Below the pieces are notes generated by a model that was not told the DNA's origin, searched no databases, and saw only the letters and a list, made by a program, of their open reading frames with translations. From the NCBI GenBank assembly GCA_043748255.1, contig JAYTNQ010000335.1, forward strand, positions 1-41,463: a DNA stretch of 41,463 bases, written 5' to 3'. Of the stretch, positions 29,249 through 39,899 are shown piece after piece; positions within the stretch are counted from its first letter, which is position 1, and every line of letters starts with the position of its first letter. The stretch comes from Bacteroidota bacterium (GTDB lineage Bacteria > Bacteroidota > Bacteroidia > Flavobacteriales > Flavobacteriaceae). The position numbers and the translations under genes are program-made.

Positions 29249-29650
29249 ATGCGTATAAATAGAATTCAAATTCCAAAAATAGAAGATTATAGAGGCAATA
29301 TTGCAGTGCTTGAAAATCAGGTTGTGCCCTTTGAAATCAAGAATATGTATTATCTTTTTGAAGTGCCATTGAACCACATTATTGCCGGGCAAGCCCAAAA
29401 AAAAATGCAAAAATTATTGATTCCAATATCCGGAAGTTTTGATGTTATATTGAATGATTGTCAAACTTTGCAAACTATTTCGCTAAACAAACCAGACAAA
29501 GGCTTGCTAATCGATTCTGGTGTATGGCACGAATTAAAAAATTTTTCAGCGGGAGTAGTTTGCCTTGTTTTGACTTCAGAAATAGACGAAATTGAAAATA
29601 CAATAGCTGATTTTGAGACTTTTGTAGATTTTGTAAAGCATATAAAATAA
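29249..29650 (+). CDS. FdtA/QdtA-like cupin, catalytically degenerate copy
   Basis: IEDYRGNI and WHELKNFS retained; RGxHAH replaced by AGQAQ. Confidence 0.8.
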   Translation: MRINRIQIPKIEDYRGNIAVLENQVVPFEIKNMYYLFEVPLNHIIAGQAQKKMQKLLIPISGSFDVILNDCQTLQTISLNKPDKGLLIDSGVWHELKNFSAGVVCLVLTSEIDEIENTIADFETFVDFVKHIK

Positions 29651-29662
29651 AGAATTTTAGAT

Positions 29663-30613
29663 TTATTTTTGCGAATAAATTGAAAAAAATATACGATTAT
29701 GCGCTAACACTTTTTTTATTTTGAACAAAAATATTAAAATAATTCTGGGGCAAAACATCACTATTTTTGCTATGAAAGAAACGTTTTTTGAGTCAATTTG
29801 TTTTTTATATTCATTGTAGATGCTATAATCTCCTGATAATTTGTGCTTGATTGCAAATTCTGTTCTATATAAATCTAAAAATTTCTTCAGCCAAAAATTA
29901 CTATTTTCCTCAACTTGAAACTGATTCAGTTTTGCAAATTTTCGATAGGATGTTGGCGTGAGAGACATTCTATTTTCTGCACTCAAGTTGTGTTGCGCCG
30001 TGACATTATTGTTGAAAACTACTGGATATTGAAGTGCAATTCTAACCCATAAATCTGTATCTTCTCCTGCACCAAGTGTTATTTCTGGACAAAAAAAACC
30101 TACGTGGTCTATAACTTTTTTGGGCACAGCAACGGCCGAGGTCCAAGCAATTCTATTGACATAACTCGATTTGAAAAAATCTGGAACTATACCACACCAA
30201 TCGGTTTTTGGAATATCTAAAAAATAGGTTTTTTGAATACATTTTTGATTATAAAAAAGTTCATAATTGTTTGCCAATAATCCAGCCGTAGGAAATTGTT
30301 CAAACATTTGATTGAGTTGTGCCAAATGATTAGGAAACCAATAGTCATCGGCATCAAGAAATGCTAATATAGTGCCAATCGAATGTTGAATGGCAAAGTT
30401 ACGAGCTTGAGAAACGCCTTGATTTTCAGTTTCAAAATAACGAACTCGTGGGTCTTCAAAATCAATAATTTGTGCTCCGCTTGAATCTGTAGAGCCGTCG
30501 TTAACGATTACAATTTCAAAATCGGTAAAAGTTTGGCACAACGCACTTTTTAGCGTATTTGCTATGCTTTTCTCTTTATTAAAAACGGGAATTATAATCG
30601 AAAAAAGCGGCAT
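29663..30613 (-). CDS. GT2 glycosyltransferase
   Basis: SIIIPVFN, NDGSTD, ARN, FLDADD, GED. Confidence 0.9.
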   Translation of the reverse strand: MPLFSIIIPVFNKEKSIANTLKSALCQTFTDFEIVIVNDGSTDSSGAQIIDFEDPRVRYFETENQGVSQARNFAIQHSIGTILAFLDADDYWFPNHLAQLNQMFEQFPTAGLLANNYELFYNQKCIQKTYFLDIPKTDWCGIVPDFFKSSYVNRIAWTSAVAVPKKVIDHVGFFCPEITLGAGEDTDLWVRIALQYPVVFNNNVTAQHNLSAENRMSLTPTSYRKFAKLNQFQVEENSNFWLKKFLDLYRTEFAIKHKLSGDYSIYNEYKKQIDSKNVSFIAKIVMFCPRIILIFLFKIKKVLAHNRIFFSIYSQK

Positions 30614-30616
30614 TTT

Positions 30617-31504
30617 TTAGTTTTTAAAATGATTACAAAGATAGCCCAAACGATATAAATCAAACACAAAAAGTGAGGGTTGATTGCTTTGAAGTTGTCG
30701 CAAAAATAACGGTTTTGCACCAATATACAGGAGCGAAAATATATATGTAAGATGGTATTTTTTTAACCAAAAATACAATTTTGACAGTTTAACATATTGT
30801 TTATCTATAAGTTGATTTTCACACAAAAACATCAAGTTATCTAAAGATTCTTTGGATTTTTGAATAAAAAAAAGGCTGTTTTCAATTCCATTGTGAATAA
30901 CGGGATTTTCAATATGACTGATTTTTATTTTTTTTTGTTTCAAATTGTATGAAAATAAGGTATCTTCATGCCTTAAATTTGGCATATTTTCGTTGAATGA
31001 AATCTTATCAAAAATTGCTTTAGAAATCATAAAATTTAAGGTCAAAAACGTCAGATATTGATTTTTTTGACGGTCAATCACAGACAATGCTTCCCGCTTT
31101 TGACCATAAACCCAGCGTAAAAGTTGGTTTTTTTGAGGTTTTTGGTTCTGATACACGATGCCACCATACACCACTTTTTGGTCATTATTGATTTGATTGA
31201 TATAATTTTTTATAAAATCAGACTGTTCAGGATAAGTGTCAGCGTCTAAAAACAAAAGGTTTTCAAATTTTGCTTTTTTTGCTAATAAATTTCTAATAGC
31301 ACTTCGGCCAATATTATGATGTAAAATTTCAAAAGTACAATTATCAAATTGATTAATATATTGATTTTCAGTCATATATAATTCAGAAGAATCATCTAAA
31401 ACAATTATTTCAAAATCAAAATTGAGTTTTACTGTTTGTTTTTGTAATTCCAATACAAGAGGAAAAATGTTGTAATTATATGTAGGAATTAAAATTGACA
31501 GCAT
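30617..31504 (-). CDS. GT2 glycosyltransferase
   Basis: SILIPTYN, GRSAIRN, FLDAD, HED. Confidence 0.9.
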   Translation of the reverse strand: MLSILIPTYNYNIFPLVLELQKQTVKLNFDFEIIVLDDSSELYMTENQYINQFDNCTFEILHHNIGRSAIRNLLAKKAKFENLLFLDADTYPEQSDFIKNYINQINNDQKVVYGGIVYQNQKPQKNQLLRWVYGQKREALSVIDRQKNQYLTFLTLNFMISKAIFDKISFNENMPNLRHEDTLFSYNLKQKKIKISHIENPVIHNGIENSLFFIQKSKESLDNLMFLCENQLIDKQYVKLSKLYFWLKKYHLTYIFSLLYIGAKPLFLRQLQSNQPSLFVFDLYRLGYLCNHFKN

Positions 31505-31505
31505 T

Positions 31506-32222
31506 TTATAGTTTTAAAAATCCATATTTAAAAATGCAATAAATAGCACGAATCCCATCTTTCCAGTTGATTTTTTTGCCTTCATTATAGGTTCGCCCAT
31601 AATAGGAAATACCAACTTCATAGATGCGTATGTTTGGAATTCTTGAAACTTTTGCAGTCACTTCAGGTTCAAATCCAAAACGCTTTTCAGAAAGCGATAT
31701 TGATTGTAATTTATTGGTTTCAAACATTTTATAACAAGTTTCCATATCTGTTAAATTCAAATTGGAAAAAACATTTGACAATGTTGTCAAAAATTTGTTT
31801 CCAATTGTATGCCAAAAAAATAACACACGATGCGGATTTCCGCCCATAAATCGAGAGCCAAAAACCACGTCTGCATGACCTTCAATCATTGGTTTGAGCA
31901 ATGTATTGTATTCTTGTGGGTCATATTCTAAATCGGCATCTTGAATAATCGTAAATTTTCCGGTGGCAGCGGCAATTCCTGTATGTAAAGCGGCTCCTTT
32001 TCCTAAATTTTTTTGATGTTCAAAATATCGAATATTTAGGTCTAAATTTTTATCAACAAATAATTTAATTGAATTGCCTGAATTATCTGTAGAACAGTCA
32101 TTTACAATTATAATTTCTTTAAAAAAACCATGAATCAAAGTTGTTGTTTTTATTTTTTCTAAAATAAAACAAACGGTTTTTTCTTCGTTGAAAACAGGAA
32201 TAATGATTGAAAGTGTGTTCAT
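31506..32222 (-). CDS. GT2, polyprenol-phosphate glycosyltransferase (DPM1/ArnC-like)
   Basis: IPVFNE, NDCSTD, NLGKGAA, QDADLEYDP, VFGSRF, TDMETCYK. Start moved to ATG 32222. Confidence 0.9.
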   Translation of the reverse strand: MNTLSIIIPVFNEEKTVCFILEKIKTTTLIHGFFKEIIIVNDCSTDNSGNSIKLFVDKNLDLNIRYFEHQKNLGKGAALHTGIAAATGKFTIIQDADLEYDPQEYNTLLKPMIEGHADVVFGSRFMGGNPHRVLFFWHTIGNKFLTTLSNVFSNLNLTDMETCYKMFETNKLQSISLSEKRFGFEPEVTAKVSRIPNIRIYEVGISYYGRTYNEGKKINWKDGIRAIYCIFKYGFLKL

Positions 32223-32232
32223 TTTTTGATGA

Positions 32233-32916
32233 TTATACAACCCGTTGAACGACTTCAAAAATAGTGCCTTCTTCGCATTTTAATGTTTTTGATGGGAATT
32301 TCATAAGCAAGGCATAATCATGTGTAGCCATGATCACGGTTTTTCCGTTTTCGTTAATTTTTCTTAATACAGCCAATACTTCAACACTAGTTTGCGGATC
32401 CAAATTTCCTGTAGGTTCATCTGCAAGTATCAATTCGGGATCATTGAGAAGGGCACGGGCGATGGCAACACATTGCTGCTCACCACCCGAAAGTTGATGC
32501 GGCATTTTATTGGCAAGTGCTTTCATATCAACCTTTTCGAGAACTTCTTCAATTTTTTCTTGCATTTTTTCGATATCTGTCCAGCCAGTTGCTTTAAGTA
32601 CAAATAGCATATTTCCGTGCACACTTCGGTCGGGGAGGAGCTTGAAATCTTGAAAAACGATACCTATCTTTCGTCTCAAATACGGAATATCATCTTCTAT
32701 TAGCGATGCCAAATCAAAACCAACAATATTGGCTTCGCCTTCCGTTAAGGTCAAATCGGCATAGAGCGTTTTCATAAAACTGCTTTTTCCAGAACCAGTT
32801 TTTCCAATGATGTAAATAAATTCGCCATGATTAACCATAAGATTTACATTGGTCAATATTGCTTTTTTTTCTTGATAAATGTTTACGTTTTTGAGAAATA
32901 GCACTTGTTCTGACAT
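32233..32916 (-). CDS. ftsE: Cell-division ABC ATPase FtsE-like
   Basis: [47 protein letters not shown]. Confidence 0.85.
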   Translation of the reverse strand: MSEQVLFLKNVNIYQEKKAILTNVNLMVNHGEFIYIIGKTGSGKSSFMKTLYADLTLTEGEANIVGFDLASLIEDDIPYLRRKIGIVFQDFKLLPDRSVHGNMLFVLKATGWTDIEKMQEKIEEVLEKVDMKALANKMPHQLSGGEQQCVAIARALLNDPELILADEPTGNLDPQTSVEVLAVLRKINENGKTVIMATHDYALLMKFPSKTLKCEEGTIFEVVQRVV

Positions 32917-33007
32917 GATTTTTGTTTTATTTTTGGTAAAAGTAGTATTATGTTTTTTGCTTTCAAAATATATTTTGAAAGATCAATATAATTGAAAAAA
33001 CAGATTT

Positions 33008-33778
33008 TTAATTGGTATTTAATTTCCTTAATTTGATAGCGGTCAGCACTTTTTTGGTGTATAGTGGAAAATCGGCATTTTGAATCCAATTAAAATAGCT
33101 TGGTTCTGTTTCCAAAATTTTAGCTACTTTTTGACCTTTGTGTTTGCCAAAAGAAAAAATTTCTTGATTGTCTTTATCAAAAGAGATCATTCCGGCAAAA
33201 TCGACAATTTTTTTGCGTGTCGAAAATTCAGACAATTCCTTCATGTCGTTCATCAAATCTGGATAGCGCTCAAGCTGGGCTTTCAAAATTTCATAGGTTG
33301 CAATGGTATCTGCCTCGGCAGTATGTGCGTTTTCGAGTGTTTTGTTACAATAGAATTTATAAGCTGCGCCAAGGGTTCGCTCTTCTTTTTTATGAAAAAT
33401 TGTTTGCACATCGACAGAAACTTTACCTTTCATATCAAAGTCAACACCTGCACGCAAAAGCTCTTCAGCAAGTAAAGGGATGTCAAATCGGTCTGAATTA
33501 AACCCGCCCAAATCTGAATCTTTTATCATATTATGAATCAAAGGAGCAAGCATTGCAAAAGTAGGCTCATTGGCAACTTTTTCGTTAGAAATTCCATGTA
33601 TAGCTGTGGTTTCTGGTGGGATTGCGATTGTTGGATTTACCAACCAAGTTTTGCTTTCTTTATTTCCGTTTGGAAATACTTTGAATATACAAATTTCTAC
33701 TATTCGGTCTTTGCCGATATCTGTTCCTGTTGTTTCGAGGTCAAAAAAACAGATTGGTTTTGAAAGATTAAGTTCCAT
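33008..33778 (-). CDS. DEDDh 3'-5' exonuclease (DNA polymerase III epsilon-like)
   Basis: FFDLETTG, FNSDRFD, HTAEAD, C-terminal FGKHKG. TATATTTG at 33813-33820. Confidence 0.9.
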   Translation of the reverse strand: MELNLSKPICFFDLETTGTDIGKDRIVEICIFKVFPNGNKESKTWLVNPTIAIPPETTAIHGISNEKVANEPTFAMLAPLIHNMIKDSDLGGFNSDRFDIPLLAEELLRAGVDFDMKGKVSVDVQTIFHKKEERTLGAAYKFYCNKTLENAHTAEADTIATYEILKAQLERYPDLMNDMKELSEFSTRKKIVDFAGMISFDKDNQEIFSFGKHKGQKVAKILETEPSYFNWIQNADFPLYTKKVLTAIKLRKLNTN

Positions 33779-33994
33779 TTTGTTATTTTCGTTTTTGTTT
33801 TACGAAGTGGCACAAATATAAAGTTTTTAAGCCAATTTTTTGAATTTTAAAAGATCAATTATGAATTAAAAATTTTGAAGTTTTTTATAAAAAATGACTC
33901 CTGCTTTTAAAGCAATAAATTTCGCTTCTAAATTCATGAGAATTTTCAAAAAATATTTATTTCCCAATTTAATTTAAAATAACAAAAAAGGAAA

Positions 33995-34408
33995 TCACAA
34001 AAATTTATGTTGCATTTCGGCACTCATAATTGGGCATTTGCTTTGTTTTCCAAACCAAGCATAGCGGTTTTTTGCTACATAATCATAGACCAAATTGGCC
34101 ATTTGTGTTGGAATTAATTTAAAAATAGTGCCTACATGAAATAGACCGCCTAAATTTTTTGCGATCATCAAAGCAGCTTGTGATTTGTAATAATAGGCAA
34201 TACCGGGCTCTAGTAAAACGATGCTATCAATGTTTGAATTATCAATTCCAATGTGATTCAAAATTGATTTCCCTAATGGAGATTCTAATGATACGAATCT
34301 AAAAACATCTTTTTTGTCATTTTTGACAACAAATTGAACCAAAGAATGACAAAGATTACAAACGCCGTCAAAGAGAATAATTTTTTTATTTTCTGGAAAA
34401 TTTATCAT
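33995..34408 (-). CDS. DCC1-like thiol-disulfide oxidoreductase (DUF393)
   Basis: LFDGVCNLC, YDYVAKNRYAWFG. Confidence 0.9.
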   Translation of the reverse strand: MINFPENKKIILFDGVCNLCHSLVQFVVKNDKKDVFRFVSLESPLGKSILNHIGIDNSNIDSIVLLEPGIAYYYKSQAALMIAKNLGGLFHVGTIFKLIPTQMANLVYDYVAKNRYAWFGKQSKCPIMSAEMQHKFL

Positions 34409-34572
34409 TTTAATTGATATAATTTAATTTTAGATTTGAATATATAAAATGGATTTAATCATTTGAAAACCAGATTTATACCAAATAGAGCAATAACTTT
34501 TATTATTATAATTAGGCAAATATAGTTTTTATTTATAAAGTTATTTCTATTTTTGATTTTAAAAAACCAAAC

Positions 34573-35067
34573 ATGAGTTTCAAAATCAGACCATATAATA
34601 TATCGGATTGCGTAGAAATTTTAGAAATAATCAATTATAATATATTGAATTCTACGGCTTTATATGACTATAATATTCGAAAATTAGAACATCAGCAGCA
34701 AATATTTGATGATAAAATCACTAAAAAATATCCCGTTATTGTGGCCGAATCAAACGGACTTATTGTAGGTTTTGCGATGTATAGTGAATTTCGATTCAGA
34801 GATGCGTATCTATTTACCGTGGAACATTCTGTTTATGTTTCAACAGATTTTCAGGGACAAGGTTTTGGAAAATTGCTTTTGGAGGAACTGATTTTGCTTG
34901 CCAAAGCTCAAAAAATGCACACTATGATTGGAGTTATTGATTCAGAAAACAAACACAGTATAGCTTTTCACGAACAATTTGGCTTCAAAATTGTTGGGAT
35001 CATTCCAGAAACGGGCTTTAAGTTTGACCGATGGTTGAATTCTGTTTTTATGCAATTGATTTTATAA
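34573..35067 (+). CDS. GNAT acetyltransferase, YncA/phosphinothricin acetyltransferase-like
   Basis: TVEHSVYV..QGQGFG, SIAFHEQFGF, GFKFDRWL. Confidence 0.88.
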   Translation: MSFKIRPYNISDCVEILEIINYNILNSTALYDYNIRKLEHQQQIFDDKITKKYPVIVAESNGLIVGFAMYSEFRFRDAYLFTVEHSVYVSTDFQGQGFGKLLLEELILLAKAQKMHTMIGVIDSENKHSIAFHEQFGFKIVGIIPETGFKFDRWLNSVFMQLIL

Positions 35068-35080
35068 TTTGTTTTTTGAA

Positions 35081-35482
35081 TTATTGCCAATGAAACGAAA
35101 TTACTTTATGTATATCTGTATTCAGGCTTAACAAAACTGGACAATTGAGCGCAGTTCTTTCCAAAATAGTTTTGTTTTTTGCATCGACCTTGACACACAT
35201 ATTCATAACAATTTCAATTTGAGCTATTTTTCTTGGCTCGGCTTGCATAGTCTTTGTAATTTCTACGGTCGAACCTTTCAAATCAAGATTCAAATCACGT
35301 GCTTTTATGGCCATTATTGTCATCATACAATTTCCTAAAGACGTGGCTAAAAGATCTGTTGGCGAAAATGCTTCACCCTTTCCATTGTTGTCCGTTGGGG
35401 CATCGGTCAGAATTATAGATCCTGATTGCAAATGTTCAGACGAGGTTCGCAAATCGCCAAGATAGGTTACTTTTGAAGTCAT
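35081..35482 (-). CDS. OsmC family protein
   Basis: DAPTDNNGKGEAFSPTDL..C..CPV. Confidence 0.9.
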   Translation of the reverse strand: MTSKVTYLGDLRTSSEHLQSGSIILTDAPTDNNGKGEAFSPTDLLATSLGNCMMTIMAIKARDLNLDLKGSTVEITKTMQAEPRKIAQIEIVMNMCVKVDAKNKTILERTALNCPVLLSLNTDIHKVISFHWQ

Positions 35483-35486
35483 TTTT

Positions 35487-37484
35487 TTAAATTTTAATTT
35501 CTTTTATTGTCAAATCGGAATCATAAAAAAACAAATAGGCTCCTTTGTTTACAAAGGTTCCAGAACTTTGAAGATGGTATTCAAATTTGTTTTCTACCTG
35601 CTCTGAACCAATTTTTTTGAGTGTTTCCACATAATTTTTATCTTGTGCAAGTCGCATTAAGGTGTCAAATGTGAGATCAAAACCACGTACTGCAAAATAA
35701 TTGGGATATATTTTATTTTTTTCTTTAAATTTTTTTTCAAATAATGTATTTTCTAATGTTGAAAAATCTTTGGTAAGTGATGGATATACCATTTTGAGTT
35801 TTGCAATTTTTGCAATTGAAATTTCATCAAAATCTAACGCGTCATTTTTTTCTAAAACTACCAATTGAATGTCATATTCATTTTGCAAAACACTCAAAAA
35901 ATTGATGATTTTAGTAATTGTACCCGTTTTATCGGTGTCTAAAATAACAAAATTCAAACGGTTTTTATCCAAAACAATGGCGATACTATCTTTTACAAAT
36001 TCGTTTTTTTCGTTTACAGAAACTTCTACAACCTGTTTTTCTTTTTGACGAATATAATTTTTAATAGCTGGTTTTTTTGTGTCGTAAATAGCAATAATAT
36101 TGGCAGATTTTGAGTTTAAATAGCTGAAAGCTAATGGCTTCATACAATCAGATGATGGGGTTGATAGGATCAAATTTCTATAAAAAGTGTTGCTTTCTTT
36201 AGACAATGGCGAAATTACCGGCACGTTGTCTTGCATCAATATCGATGCCGTTTGTTCGACATTTGCCTGATAAAATGGTCCTAAAACAACATCTGCATTT
36301 GCTATATCATTTTGTGCAATCAAATTTTCAACATTTGAGGTAGTTTTAGTTTCTTGCGAGTCCAAAATGGTGATGTCAACATTTATGCCCAACGATTTTG
36401 CAGAATCAATTGCCATCATAGCGCCTGAATAAAAATCCAAAGTCATGTTCAAAAACTTGTCTTTTTTGATTTTATTTTTATAAGTAGTAGTAGTGTCTTT
36501 TTCTACTTTTTCAAGATTGAAAGGCAACAACATAAACATTTTTTTGGATGATGACGAAAAGTTTTTTGACAATCCATTGTTTACTTTCTCAAAATCATCT
36601 TTTGCGGTGGCATTTGCTGGAATTTTCAATAACATTCCAATTTGAAGCCCGTCTTGAACATTTGGATTTAGCTCTAATATTTCGGCTTGAGATAGGTCAA
36701 ATTTTTTGGACAAGCTGTATAATGTTTCTTTTGGCTTGACTTCATAATCTAATATTCCAACAGTTTTTATTGTAGATTTAGTGGAAGTGTTATTTGAAGT
36801 TTTAGTTTCAGTATTAGTCGATTGACTATTTATTTTCAATGACATACCAACTTGAAGTCCGTCAATGATTTCAGGATTTTCGGTTTCTAAATTCCCTATC
36901 GTAATTCCATATTTTTTTGCAATTGAAAACACTGTATCGCCATCCACAACCTGATGTCTTATTTGTTTTGCAACACTTTTTACTACAACTTCTAAGGGTT
37001 GGTTTTTTTTATTTTTTTGTTTTTCGTCTTCTGTTTTTGGTGTTTTTGGATCCCCATTCTCGTCTAACTCTTCGTCTTCTTTTTGTGCTATTTTGTCATT
37101 TTTTTGACGAGGAATGATTAATTTTTGTCCATTTTTTAGACCAACATCTTTAATAGACGGGTTTGATTTTCTTAAATCTTCGACTGAGACGCCATATTTT
37201 TTTGACAATGAAAAAGGCGTATCCGTATTTCCTATAATATGGGTTGTTGCCAATAATTCAGTTTTTGTTCGGGTTGTCATTGGAATTTTAAGAATGCCAT
37301 TTACTTTAAAAATCTTTTTAAAATTGGGGTTGATTTTTAAAATATCATAAGGGGTTACTTTAGATTCTTCTGCAATTTTATCGAGTGTTTCTTCTTCTGC
37401 TATAACGTGATTTTTATATTTTTCTTGCGAAAACGCAATTAAATTCATCAAAAACATCATCAAAATTATTACATTTTTTTTCAT
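35487..37484 (-). CDS. Four-LysM peptidoglycan-binding protein with C-terminal periplasmic-binding-protein-like domain
   Basis: Signal peptide; four LysM-like repeats ending in NP; LLPF..DFYSG..LGP..PVISPLS. Confidence 0.88.
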   Translation of the reverse strand: MKKNVIILMMFLMNLIAFSQEKYKNHVIAEEETLDKIAEESKVTPYDILKINPNFKKIFKVNGILKIPMTTRTKTELLATTHIIGNTDTPFSLSKKYGVSVEDLRKSNPSIKDVGLKNGQKLIIPRQKNDKIAQKEDEELDENGDPKTPKTEDEKQKNKKNQPLEVVVKSVAKQIRHQVVDGDTVFSIAKKYGITIGNLETENPEIIDGLQVGMSLKINSQSTNTETKTSNNTSTKSTIKTVGILDYEVKPKETLYSLSKKFDLSQAEILELNPNVQDGLQIGMLLKIPANATAKDDFEKVNNGLSKNFSSSSKKMFMLLPFNLEKVEKDTTTTYKNKIKKDKFLNMTLDFYSGAMMAIDSAKSLGINVDITILDSQETKTTSNVENLIAQNDIANADVVLGPFYQANVEQTASILMQDNVPVISPLSKESNTFYRNLILSTPSSDCMKPLAFSYLNSKSANIIAIYDTKKPAIKNYIRQKEKQVVEVSVNEKNEFVKDSIAIVLDKNRLNFVILDTDKTGTITKIINFLSVLQNEYDIQLVVLEKNDALDFDEISIAKIAKLKMVYPSLTKDFSTLENTLFEKKFKEKNKIYPNYFAVRGFDLTFDTLMRLAQDKNYVETLKKIGSEQVENKFEYHLQSSGTFVNKGAYLFFYDSDLTIKEIKI

Positions 37485-37516
37485 TTTTATAAGCTAAATT
37501 ATTAAAAATTAATTAG

Positions 37517-39046
37517 TTACTCCCATTCAATTGTTGCAGGTGGTTTTGAACTAATATCATAAACCACACGATTAACCCCTTTTACTTTGTTGATTATATC
37601 GTTAGAAACTTTCATCAAAAACGGGTAGGGCAGGTGTACCCAATCTGCTGTCATTCCATCTGTAGATTCAACAGCTCGAAGGGCAACCACTTTTTCATAA
37701 GTGCGCTCGTCTCCCATCACTCCAACACTATTTACGGGTAGCAAAATGGCACCAGCCTGCCATACTTTGTCATACAAATCCCACTCTTTGAGTGCATCTA
37801 TAAATACGGCATCAACATCTTGCAAAATTGTAACTTTTTCTGGAGTGATATCGCCCAATATTCTGATGGACAAACCTGGTCCCGGAAAAGGATGCCGTGC
37901 TAATAAAGCGGCATCAATTTGAAGTGATGCTCCAACTCTACGTACTTCATCTTTAAAAAGCATTCGCAATGGTTCAACAATTTTTAATTTCATATAATCG
38001 GGTAATCCACCCACATTATGATGCGATTTGATAGTTGCTGAAGGTCCTTTGACCGAAACGGACTCAATCACATCAGGATATATAGTGCCTTGCGCCAACC
38101 ATTTTACGTTATCAATTATTTTTGATTCGTCATCAAAAACTTCTATAAAAACACGTCCAATTGTTTTTCTTTTGGTTTCTGGGTCTGAAATACCAGCGAG
38201 TTCGTTCAAAAAACGTGCCGAAGCATCTACACCTTTTACATTCAAACCCATTCCTTTATATTGTAGCAACACGTTTTCAAACTCGTTTTTACGCAATAGA
38301 CCATTATTGACAAAAATGCAATATAGATTTTTCCCGATGGCTTTGTGCAACAAAACGGCAGCCACAGTAGAATCGACTCCGCCTGATAGCCCAAGCACCA
38401 CTTTGTCATCTTGCAATTTTGATTTTAATTCCAAAATCATATCATCAACAAAGGCATTTGGTGTAAAATTTTGGGGCACTTCTGCAATTTTTACTAAAAA
38501 ATTTTCTAATATTAATTTACCATCGGTAGAATGAAAAACTTCGGGATGAAATTGTATTGCAAACGTAATTTCGCCGTCAATTCTATAAGCCGCATTATCT
38601 ACATCATGAGTGCTGGCAAGCTTTATTCCGTTTTTTGGTAAAGTTTTTATGGTATCGCTATGCGACATCCAAACCTGAGAAAACAAATTAACGCCATCAA
38701 AAAAAGTTTCGTTTTCTTTGATAAAATTCAAATTGGCACGACCATATTCACGAGTATTTGACGCTGCAACTTCGCCACCAGAAAAGTGTGCCAAATATTG
38801 TGCTCCATAACAAACGGCAAGTAATGGTAATTTGCCTCTAATCATCGACAAATCAGGGTGTAACGCATCAGCTGACCTAACAGAAAACGGACTTCCGGAC
38901 ATAATAACAGCCTTGAATGAAGACAAATCTTTTGGGATTTTGTTGTAAGGAAAAATCTCACAAAAAATATTCAATTCACGAACTCTACGAGCAATTAATT
39001 GGGTGTATTGTGACCCAAAATCTAATATTAAAACATTCTGTTGCAT
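37517..39046 (-). CDS. guaA: GMP synthase (glutamine-hydrolysing)
   Basis: [45 protein letters not shown]. Confidence 0.98.
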   Translation of the reverse strand: MQQNVLILDFGSQYTQLIARRVRELNIFCEIFPYNKIPKDLSSFKAVIMSGSPFSVRSADALHPDLSMIRGKLPLLAVCYGAQYLAHFSGGEVAASNTREYGRANLNFIKENETFFDGVNLFSQVWMSHSDTIKTLPKNGIKLASTHDVDNAAYRIDGEITFAIQFHPEVFHSTDGKLILENFLVKIAEVPQNFTPNAFVDDMILELKSKLQDDKVVLGLSGGVDSTVAAVLLHKAIGKNLYCIFVNNGLLRKNEFENVLLQYKGMGLNVKGVDASARFLNELAGISDPETKRKTIGRVFIEVFDDESKIIDNVKWLAQGTIYPDVIESVSVKGPSATIKSHHNVGGLPDYMKLKIVEPLRMLFKDEVRRVGASLQIDAALLARHPFPGPGLSIRILGDITPEKVTILQDVDAVFIDALKEWDLYDKVWQAGAILLPVNSVGVMGDERTYEKVVALRAVESTDGMTADWVHLPYPFLMKVSNDIINKVKGVNRVVYDISSKPPATIEWE

Positions 39047-39121
39047 TTTGCAAAATTAACTTTTATTATCTAATTTTTGAAGTTTTATAAACAAAAAAAG
39101 TGCTTTTTTGAAATAAAATTT

Positions 39122-39790
39122 TCAAACTATCCAATTAATTTTTGTTTTTCCAAAAAGTTTCAGATAATGATTTGTTTGTTCAAAATGTCTATTGCCAAAC
39201 CACTTTCCTTGATTGGCACTCATGGGCGAGGGATGCCCAGAGATCAATATTTTATGTTTTGTGCTGTCTATGAATCTTGCTTTTTGTTGTGCAAAATTTC
39301 CCCATAACAAAAACACGATACCTACTTTTTTTTCAGAAATTTGGTTAATAATGGCATCCGTAAAAGTACTCCAATTCAAATGCTTATGGCTATGAGGTTT
39401 GTTTTTTTCGACTGATAATGAACTGTTTAAAAGCAATACACCCTGATTTGCCCAAGAAGTTAAATTGCCAGATGTTGGCATGAATACACGGTCGTAATTT
39501 TGATTTATTTCTTTAAAAATATTTCGTAAAGACGGGGGAATTTTGACACCTTCATTTACAGAAAAGCTTAATCCGTTTGCTTCTCCTTGCCCATGATATG
39601 GATCTTGTCCAATAATAACAACTTTCAAATCTTGCCAATTACAAAGCTCAAAGGCTTGAAAAACAAGCTCTTTTGGCGGATAACACTCGTGGTTTTGGTA
39701 TTCGTTTTCCCATTTTTCAAACAGTTGAATTGCATAGGTTTTGTTTAATTCGGGCTCGATAATCTCTTTCCATGAGTTGTTTATGGTCAT
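39122..39790 (-). CDS. ung: Uracil-DNA glycosylase, family 1
   Basis: GQDPYH, PPSLRNI, GVLLLN, HPSP. Confidence 0.96.
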   Translation of the reverse strand: MTINNSWKEIIEPELNKTYAIQLFEKWENEYQNHECYPPKELVFQAFELCNWQDLKVVIIGQDPYHGQGEANGLSFSVNEGVKIPPSLRNIFKEINQNYDRVFMPTSGNLTSWANQGVLLLNSSLSVEKNKPHSHKHLNWSTFTDAIINQISEKKVGIVFLLWGNFAQQKARFIDSTKHKILISGHPSPMSANQGKWFGNRHFEQTNHYLKLFGKTKINWIV

Positions 39791-39899
39791 TTTGAATGAT
39801 TTAAAAAAATAGCGTTGTAAATGTAATTGATTTTATTTTTTAATAAAAATTATAAGTAAACTTAACGTAAATTTGTAATTTGAAAACCAATTTTAAAAC

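Noticed and set aside
36740-37100. Thr/Ser/Lys- and Glu/Asp-rich low-complexity stretches
   Set aside because: Ordinary linkers between LysM domains, not DNA-level tandem repeats.
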